Positions 35,113-44,190 of a stretch of 44,190 nt of DNA are shown here, piece after piece. Below the pieces are notes generated by a model. That model did not search any database. It was not told where the DNA came from and saw only the letters and a list, made by a program, of their open reading frames with translations. Within the stretch, counting starts at the first letter, position 1. The number at the start of each line of letters is the position of its first letter. The stretch is taken from the NCBI RefSeq assembly GCF_001194135.2, contig NC_068986.1:62676566-62720755 (forward strand). Reading direction: 5' to 3'. This DNA is from Octopus bimaculoides (taxonomy: Eukaryota). Both the position numbers and the translations under genes were made by a program.

Positions 35113-37930
35113 TTATTATTCAGTTTTATTTCAAGATTTCTTGCCAATTGAGAACCTAGGTCCAAGGCTCCTTCATTGAAATTTCAACATCAACAGCCTA
35201 TTTTTGTATGTATGTATGTGTGCACATTTGTTTTTTTTTTTTGTTTTATGTATGTCTTCTCATGCATATAGTTGCATGTTTAGACATGCTCATATATACT
35301 TAAATGATAAACTTCTGAAAAGTTTTACAGATTTTTATAGTTCCAGTGGTGGCTCAGATCTGTTGTCTTTGAATCAGCTTTCTCCTTTCCGGTTTTGAGA
35401 AGCCTAATTTCTCAAGATTGTTATTTAGGCAGTGTGCTACATATCCCAGGGCCCCAATAATTACTTGTGTAAACCTGAACTTGTAAGCTGGATAGAGTAA
35501 CTGTAGATTTCTCAATAGTTCAGTGAAGGTATTCTTTTTTCCACTGATCTTCAGCTTTATGTTAACATCTGCTGGGTAGCTGATTTCCACAACTGTATAC
35601 AGATTTTCTTCTCTATCCCAAATCATTATATCAGGTCTGTTGTGCTTACATTTTATTGAGGTTTTCACTGGGACATTCCACCAGTACTCCTTTTTATTAT
35701 GAGTGGCTATGACTTCTACCATACTGTGAGTTCTTATTTTAATGTCCTTGGGGTTATCCTTCTTATGAATTTCCTTATGTAGTGTCCTAGCTACAATATT
35801 ATATCTCATCGGTAGATAATATCATGATGACATTTTTGGACAACTGCTTATGATATGGTGATGTCTTTGGTGTTAACTTCACAAAGTCTGCACTGGCTGT
35901 TACATTTTACTGTTTATTCTGGTGTCTCTGTCTCTTTTCTGCATCAGGTATTTGGTTGATATCTCCTGTTCCTGGATTGCAAATGTATACCCTTCAAAGT
36001 GGGAGGTAGTATTCTGGTTGTTGGTCCATAATAGACTGCTTTGGCAATCTATGTAACTATCATCTGGGAGCTTTTTACTAACATATCCATACATGGTCTT
36101 CTGCTCATATACATTCATCCTTTCATCTTATGATACATTGCAGTATAGTTGTGTGACTTATTTGGGCATGTATTTAAGGTTATCAGACAAGGAATGTTGC
36201 TCAAGGAGCTGCCTTCCAAGTCTTATGATATTATCAGCTTCATGTATACAAACCTGGTCAAGGGATGCACTTCAACACTTGGTGGTTAAAAGATGTTGCA
36301 AAAGCGATGATGCAACATTCAAAGGCATTTCAGATCAATGTTGAGCTTCTGCTGCCTTGTTTTCATTTTAGGTAGAGGCAGTCTATATCACTGTTTATGT
36401 GGAAATTATGTGTGCTTGTTAGTATCTTCCAGGTTTTCACACCAATGGCTCAGATTTCATCTAGTGTCCAATCAAGCATCCAAAATGTTGGTATGAGTAC
36501 TGGCACTGCAAACATATTGCGGGCCATTATTTTATTGAATGCAGAGAGTTCTGAGGTCCAAATTTTCTTTATTCGGTTGTAATATTCTTTAGTGACACAT
36601 GTTTTGTTACTAGTACCATTGTAAAATATGTTTTCCTCCACTCCTAGATACCTTGAACATTCCTCGTCAGATACAGGGGAGACAGTTAAGTCATTGATGA
36701 TGATGTTGTTAGTCTGGTTTACAGTTTTCCCTTTTTCTAAAACCATATAGCAATATTTCTCCTCACCAAATCCCAGCCCAATATCCTTCGAGAATGTTGT
36801 AACCAGGTCAAAGCTCTTTTTCATTTCATGCATATTCTTGACATATAGTTTTAAGTCATCCACAAAGAAACAGTGTGTAATTTTTGTTATTTCTGTTTCC
36901 TTGTGAACCAGTGAGATATCCTTCAAACTTCCTTAACCTGAATGACAAGGGGTTTACAGAAAGTATAAGCAACATCACAGAGGGGCTGTCCCCTTGGAAT
37001 ATGCCTCTGCAATACTGTATTCTGTCAGTGATAATACAGTCACTCCTTTTGTTTAATTTGATGATGGTGACCCACGATGAAGTCAGGTCAGCAATGGTTT
37101 TGATTATGCTCATTGGAACTTGAGCAAGTCGAGGGGCTTCTAGCATCCATGAGTAGAGAACAGAGTTAAAGGCTTTCTTGTAGTCAAGTCACACTGAAAC
37201 TAGGTTTCTTCTATGCTCCTAGACCTCTGACATTACAATTTTGTTTATTAACAATTGCTTGGTACATCCCCAGACTCCCTTCTTCCCAGCTGCTTGTTCT
37301 GCTGTGATGATGTTATTGCTTTCATAATGGTCTTGTATATATTTTATACATTAAGTTCTAGCATGCATATGGCTGGTAGTTTTTGCCATGTGGGTGGGTC
37401 TGCCTTTGTGGATCAGTTTTGTCTCTGCCAGAGCTAACCAGTGTGGTATGCTGCTGTTCCCATTGAGAACTTGCTGGTACAGGTTGATAAGATATGGTCA
37501 GTAGAAAGTTAACTTCTTGTACCAATGTCCAACTATCAAATCTCTTCCAGGTGGTTTTTCATCTTGAAGTTTCTGAATCACAGTTACAAGGGTATCACCA
37601 TCAATGCTGTATGTCTTTAGTGTAATGCAACAATAACCTCTTTGAATTTCTTCCATCCACAGAGTATCTTGGTTAAACTCCTTCCCTTCCCTCCACATTT
37701 TCGTCCGGAAGGAGTCTATGACTTCTCATGAAGGAGCTTCTGTGATGTTCACTGCTTCTCCTCTCATGTCTCTGTACACTGCTGCCTGATTCTGGTTAAA
37801 TTTCTTGGTTAATGTTTTTTCTTGGCTATTCTCTTCTGATGCTGGAGTTTCTCACTGACAGCTTTTAGGGTGATCAGTTTGCAAGTGAGTGTCCTCTTTT
37901 TGCTGTCTCCAAATATAACTTCTATTTCCT
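35113..37930 (-). mobile_element. R4/Dong-clade LINE, 5'-truncated, with RT, CCHC knuckle and restriction-like endonuclease
   Basis: DYKKAFNSV..SWMLE, RGIFQGDS.S..L, FFVDDLKLY, CRLC....DIT..ISSCPKMSS, HNRPDIMIWD...VEISYP.D.N, IIGALG. 3' UTR ends aataaaactgaataataa. Confidence 0.9.
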
Positions 37931-38180
37931 TGTATGTATATATGTATGTATGCATGCATGAGAATTGTCCTCATCGTACAAAAAATGTCATTAATTTCCA
38001 ATCTTCTGTGAAAAGAAGTCCAGGTTACCTTGTTTGGAAACAGGTGAGGGATGGTGACAGAAAGGACATCCAGCCATAGCAAATCTTCCTCACTAAATCC
38101 TCTCTGCTCCATTCAAGCATGGAGTAGCAAAAAGTGCATGTTAAAACAATGACAATGATGATGATGAATATAATTTGTGT

Positions 38181-38218
<38 letters not shown>

Positions 38219-38254
38219 ATGAGTGTGTGCGCATGAGTGTGTGCATATGTATGT

Positions 38255-39215
38255 ACAAAGTGATGTCAAAAAGTTCCCAGACTAATTATGTTTTATAAAG
38301 AATAACTTATTAACCGAAGTTTTAACATCATTTCTTTCAAAATAGTTACCTTGCACAGCAATAATACACTGGTTCAAGCATTCCTGTCACTTTTGGAATC
38401 TAGCCTGGAAATCGCTTTCCATAAGCAAGTTAAGGACCTTCTGTGATTTGCTCTGGATCTCGACAACAGTGTTAAAACAGTGACCTTTGAACTGCATTTC
38501 CATCTTGCGAAAGAGATAGAAGTCCACCAGTGCTAAATCTGGTGACTAGGATGGGTGCGGAAGTGATACCATGTTGTTTTTACAAGAAATTCATGAGTGA
38601 GGACAGGGCGCATTGTCATCATGAAGAATGTAACTCTTTGTGTTCCACAGATCAGCTTGCGTCCATCAAATGTTCTCCTTCAAACACGTCAAAATGTTAC
38701 TATAGAACTCTCGATTGATGGTCTGGCCATGAGGGACAAATTTTTGATGCACAATACTGTGGATATCAAAAATAAATTACGAACACACTCTTGATTGAGC
38801 TGTGACTCTGTCATGCCTTCTTCAGTTGTGGAGATGAAGGGCTTTTCTATTGTGATGACTGCTGCTTTGGCTCAGGGTCTTACCCATAGACACAACTCTC
38901 ATCACCTATGATGATCTTTGACATGAAGAATGCATCATCAACAGAAGGCTGATGAAGGTCTTGACAATTCTTTCTGTTCAATAGTCAGCGGGTAAGAGAC
39001 AAACTTGGCAGAGACACACTGCATGTTCAATTCAGACATTAGGATTGCCTGCACTGATCCATACGACAGATGAACAAAATCAACAATGTCATTGATTGTC
39101 CTCTGACAATCCTCATGTACAAGCTGATGAATTTTGTCTACATTTCTGGGGGTGACACTCGTAGCAGGTCTTCTGGATTGCTCACCTAGAGAGATAAGGT
39201 CCCTAGTGTACATAG
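38255..39215 (-). mobile_element. Mariner remnant
   Basis: RRPATSVTPRNVDKIHQLVHED.Q.TI.DI...SYGSVQAIL..ELNM..VSAKFV. TIR-like gatgtcaaaaagttcccagact at about 38262. Confidence 0.8.
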
Positions 39216-39369
39216 CCAGATCATCAGTGATTTCAAATTTTGATGCATTGCATCTTAATTCTCATCAGTGACTCTTACCATACCTAGAATTAAACTCAAC
39301 TCACCTTGTCAGCTTATAAGGAAACCATTAAACTCATACGCTGATTTCAAAAACAGTAAAAGCGGAAAC

Positions 39370-39812
39370 TATAAATAATATGGATGGCTTATTAGCAATT
39401 TAATAACCTAAAGGCAAATGTATAGACGTCACTAAAGTAACAGAAGGTACTAAGTAGTTCTGGCATTGCTAGAAATAAGGGTCAAAACAACTCAGTAGCC
39501 ACAAATGCACTATCTTAATGACTGACATGGGAGATAAGTTCCCTAGCAGACAACCAGAGTATCTTAATTCATATTGGTGGGAATTAAGATACTCTGCATC
39601 AAAATTCGAAATAATTGGTGACTTGGCTTTGTCCACTGGGGAACTTATCTCCCTTGTCAGTCATTAAGATAGTGCATTTGGTGCTACTGAGCTGTTTTGA
39701 CTCCTATTTCTAGCAATGCCAGTACCACTTAGTACCCTCTGTCACTTTAGTGATGTCTATAAATTTGCCTTTAGATTATTAAATTGCTAATAAGCCACCT
39801 ATCTTATCTATA
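39370..39812. mobile_element. Fold-back MITE with ~170-bp inverted arms
   Basis: 39386-39550 pairs with 39630-39796. Central perfect 15-bp hairpin agagtatcttaattc / gaattaagatactct. Confidence 0.85.
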
Positions 39813-40343
39813 CACACACATGCACACACGCACACACACACAAAACCTCTTTGATTATGTTGCTTCCTACTTTAGACATAATGAAAAATGACAGGAAATG
39901 GCAAAGTGTTAGTGACAGTGCATATATGGTGGAGAAAAGGTTGAAGAGAGAAGTGGTAGGAGGGAGAAGGGACAAGCTTTAAGGAAAAGGTAATGTGCAG
40001 AGAAAATAAAAGCAATAAGAGAAAGAGAATGGTAGGATGGAAAGAAATGGTCTGCTTTAGGAGGAAAGTGATTGTTTTTGATTGCCAGATTTGTGAATAC
40101 AAGTTTCTCAATGGGAATATTCCCCGCCCTGCCATACACACATTTGGCTAGCAAGAGCACAAACACTCACGTATGTACATAGGGTCACACATATACAAAA
40201 GCAAAAGCTGTGGTAACATTTGCACACCAGTGCATATGTGTTTACATAATAATATTCATATTAGAAATATGATAAAACTAGATGAAATTTACAGAAATAA
40301 AATGGAAAAATAAAGATAAATGTATTCTTAAATAGATATTGCA

Positions 40344-41225
40344 TTGGGCTGTCAGATAAATTCTTTTGTTTTTTCCTAATGCTATTTGAATTAACACGAA
40401 AAATATTTTTATCATAGTTGTATTATGGGAATTTTTCGTAGCTCTATTCTTCCTACAATTTTTGATCATTTTTGTAATTTGAATAAATTTTACCTCTTTT
40501 CAAACATATGATGATGGAGTGTCAAATAGAAAAAAAAATTAGCACCTTTGACACCTGCTTCTTTTCACTTTCAATCAAGGTCCCAAAGCTGATAAAACCA
40601 CTTGAGATATTTGTGCTGTGTATGGAGGAGTTGCTATTATTGAAAGAGCTTCCCAGAAATAACTTTAACACTTCAAAGAGAGAAAAATTCAACTTCACGG
40701 ACACCCCATATTTTAACCAATCTGTACAGTTCAATGATGATCGATTGAACAAGCTCATTCACAAGGACCCATTACCATAGTAGATGAGATGCTCTTATGA
40801 TACTGTTGCCTGTTACCTGCACTCAATGAGTAAGGTCCATTGAGCTGAAACAACCTGACTGGTGACATGACATGCTTCTTAAACACACCGCTCACCTCGT
40901 GCCACTAATTTTGACCAAAAGCTTGGGTGGACAGTTCTATCACACTCACCATATTCTCCATATAGAGTGTCTTCAGATTATCACCTTTCATGTTTGCTCT
41001 CCAATAATCTGAAGGGTGTTTCATTCAATAACATGGAGCTGAAAATGTAGATTGATGAATCCTTCAAGTTAAGACATCTGCTATCAAAGTATAGGACAAG
41101 CTAGTTGAATGCTGGCAAGAAGTCATAAACAATGAAAGAGAATATATTATTGACTGATTTATTAAGGGTACTAAGTAGGGATTAAAATAAATGAGAAAAA
41201 ATGAATTAATTATCTGTCAGCCTAA
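40344..41225 (+). mobile_element. Internally deleted mariner
   Basis: TIRs ttgggctgtcagataa and ttatctgtcagcctaa. N-terminus MECQIEK...FNDDRLNKLIHKDP; C-terminus HSPYS....SDYHL....LVECWQEVINNE.EYIID*. Confidence 0.85.
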
Positions 41226-42399
41226 TACATAACATACATATATAAAACAGGTGGTGGGTTGGTGCAGGATTTGGAAGAGAAGATATGTCTTTCTCTGAAG
41301 GGAAATGATGTTTCCTGAAGTGTGATGCACCATAGCAGGACGGCATACCAGACATCAAGAAGTAGTTAATGGAGTGGCCGGTTTTACACTTCCCCTCAGA
41401 TATACTTACATACTCAATTTGAAGCTAGTGTTTGCAATAATATAAGAAACAAAAATTAACATTCACTAAAAAGGGATTTGTTATGTTATTAGAGTCTGTA
41501 ACTTCAAAATTTCACTAACACTATGAACAAGAGAAAGTTGGTAGCTAGTATACATATAGAAAATGGGAAGAATTAAATGTTAAGTGGATGGTTATAGAGT
41601 TTAGGAGTTGCTGAGATAGACAAAAGCAGATGATCAAATAGTTACAGAAATAGAAAGATAGGAAGAATTTGTGTGAAAATTGGCAGAAGAGGGAAGACCA
41701 ATACAACAACAGATGCAGGGGTTCATTATAAAAACACAATAAGATATGTCTATATACAAAAACTTGTACACAGGTTCATAGATTCATGTGTGCATGCAAC
41801 TCACACAAACATTTAGTAAAATAAATGAAGGCTATGATGAAATATATCAAGTTTTCTTATTCTGTGAAGAAGATTAAGTTGATTGGAACAAAACAAGAGA
41901 TTCAAAGATATAGTGCAAGATAAAAAAAAAAGGCAACATCACATATAGCAACAAGTTCACACACAGCATTGTTTGTGTTCACAAGAATGGATAAGCAAAA
42001 AGTGTTCTTGAGAAATTAACAAAATAACTCAAGAAACAAATATTGCAAGCATAGAATGATGTCTCTGTCATAATACTTGTGTCCATGCATGTGCGCGTGT
42101 GCGCGCACACGCATGAGTGTTATCTGTGTGTGTGTGCACACGCATGTATGTGTGCACGTGCACGTGTGTGTTTGTGTGTGCACGCGTGCATGCCAACAGT
42201 TGTGTGGATTTATTTTGCAACTATTCAACTCAGTTGAAATGATAAGAAATTGCTTTTCTTATAGATTTTACTAAGCTCTGAATGAAGCTTTCTGTGACAA
42301 ATGAGCACGCTAAAAGTATCAATTGTGATTGGCTGGAAATAACCACAAACACAGTGTAATCATGTAAGTTCCCTACAAATTCTCTGTTATGTTCATGTA

Positions 42400-43652
42400 T
42401 CAGGTCATCTCAGAAGTTCTGTCTGAATTTTGAATAAAGAAAACAAGTGATCAAATGTTATATTTAATTGAAATTTAATCATCAATGTACTTTTCCTGAT
42501 TATCTATGATTTCCTTCCATCTATTTACAAGCTTTTTAATCCCATCAATGTAAAACTCTGAAATGTCAGTTTCGATCTCCTCCTGGCTTGCGAAAGTTAT
42601 GTCCCCAAATGATTTTGTAAACTATGAAACAAATGGTAGTCTGAAGGAGCAAGGTTGGGAGAATAAGGTGGATGAGGAATTTTTTCCCAACCAAGTTCTT
42701 CGATCTTCTGTGATGTGATCTTTGCAGTGTGGGGTTGCACATTGTCCTGATGAAACATCACTCCTTTTCGATTCACTAAAGCAGGTCATGTTTTCTTCAA
42801 AGCTTGGTTCAAACACTCTAATTGCTGACAGTAGACTTGAGTATTGATTGTTGCATTAGGTGGTAACAATTCAAAGTGAATTACTCCTTTGCAATCCCAC
42901 CAGATAGAGAGAAAAATCTTTTTTCCATGAAGTTCCCTTCTTGGTTGTGGTTGAGTTTTTTCCCTTTTACCAAGCCACTGTTTATGATGTTTAACATTTC
43001 GATAGAAGATCCGTTTTTCATCACCAGTCACAAGTCATTCCAAAAAGGGTGAAATGAGTTTGTGAGAATGGAGAGAAGAATAGATGTCAACTTGGGATTT
43101 GTAGTTGCTTTCGGACAATTCATGAGGCACCCATTTCCAAGTTTAGGAACTTTTTCAAGTTGTTGAAGATGATGATGAATTGTTGTATGGTTTGAACTAA
43201 GCTTTATTGCCAATTCTTCAACTGATAATGCAGGATTTTCTTCAAGTAATGCCTCAAGGAGCTTATCATGAAACTCAACTGGACGTCTTGTTTGATCTTC
43301 ATCTTCAAGGCTGAAATCTCCACTTCTGCAAGCCATCTTCTGCAAGTTCTTTCATTCAAACATTCTTTCCCATAAACTGAGTGTGTTTCAAGTCACTTTG
43401 GTTGCAGAGCTACCTTTTTTGTACTCATAAAGTATTATGTGCCTTAAATGCTCTTTGGATACTTCCATGTTAGAAAGGGTTTTAATCAAAGAAATTTTAA
43501 TTCTATTATTCTGTAAAGTAATATTTAATTAGTTTAAATGTACACAAATTCATAAAAATAACTTTTAATTCCATTAGACATTCTAAAATACTATTAAATT
43601 TCATTCGATTTTAAAAAAGGTAAAATCAGACAAAACTTATGGGATGACCTGA
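42400..43652 (-). mobile_element. Full-length mariner (D34D), frameshifted
   Basis: TA-flanked TIRs tcaggtcatctcagaagttctgtctga and tcagacaaaacttatgggatgacctga. Motifs TGDEK..FY, LSIWWDCKGVIHFELL, FHQDN.QPH, HPPYSPNLAPSDYHLF. Confidence 0.93.
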
Positions 43653-44190
43653 TAAATGAGGTCTTGTGAACAGTAAAATTCAGTATGAGAAAAATATCAA
43701 CAGATCTGTTGGAAGATATTGTTTGTTTTACAGGTCATATTTCTGAAAACCCATGAATATCCATAGAATCTATATAATTATTCACAAGGAGAATGAAGCA
43801 AGCAAGGTTCTTTTGAACATAAATTTACAATTTAGAATAATAGGATTAAATTTAATTCATTTATTGATAATAATAAATTTAATAATATAAATAATAAATA
43901 TAATAATATCAATAATAAGAACAAACTTTGGCTAATCATTCCTTACGGCATTCAAGTTAAAACTAACATTATTAAAGAGATTTTAAATATAATTGATATA
44001 TTCCTAATTGATATAATTGATAATAGAAAATATAATAATATTTTTTCTAGTAATAATTTGGGAGTAGGTTATTCTACTACTAATAATGTTGGTAACATTA
44101 TTTCTTCTTTTAATAGATTTAAGTTAAATAAGTATTACAACAATAAATTAAATACTGATTCTAATAATAATAATAAGGACCAGGATATAA

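Noticed and set aside
42180-42240. ELNSCKINPHNCWHA on the minus strand as an EGF start
   Set aside because: No phase-1 acceptor, it runs into a CA/TG-type microsatellite, and the remaining Cys pattern is missing.
42300-42430. Cys-containing minus-strand stretch resembling an EGF exon
   Set aside because: Contains stops and overlaps the mariner TIR at 42400.
1-44190. CRISPR arrays, rRNA, genuine tRNA genes, prokaryote-style operons
   Set aside because: No regularly spaced repeat-spacer array and no rRNA-like sequence. tRNA-like boxes occur only as SINE heads.

Overview
AT-rich, repeat-dense animal genomic DNA with four N-gaps (4919-5018, 6712-7657, 20594-21269, 29883-30139). The SINE families and microsatellite load look like an octopus/cephalopod scaffold; this is pattern recognition, not a database result. 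The only host coding sequence I can support is two 120-nt, phase 1-1, calcium-binding EGF exons on the minus strand (32415-32534 and 22221-22340), so the window is mostly intron of a large multi-EGF gene. A probable decayed third exon lies at about 34908-35005. The rest is transposon fossil: RTE LINEs (one carrying nested hAT, mariner and fold-back insertions), an R4/Dong-type LINE, two different Penelope-like elements (PLEs), Helitron remnants, two copies of a non-autonomous Helitron with an 88-codon ORF, several mariner/maT elements, fold-back MITEs and many SINEs. The most distinctive observations are: a Merlin-like MITE (31-bp TIR, 8-bp TSD) whose interior is telomeric (CCCTAA)n; R4 copies abutting (TACA)n; a Penelope 5' junction with a reiterated 13-mer; a structured RTE 5' leader; and EGF exon duplication and decay. 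I found no convincing novel multi-gene system. TE boundaries are approximate unless TIR/TSD are given, and identities are hand counts.
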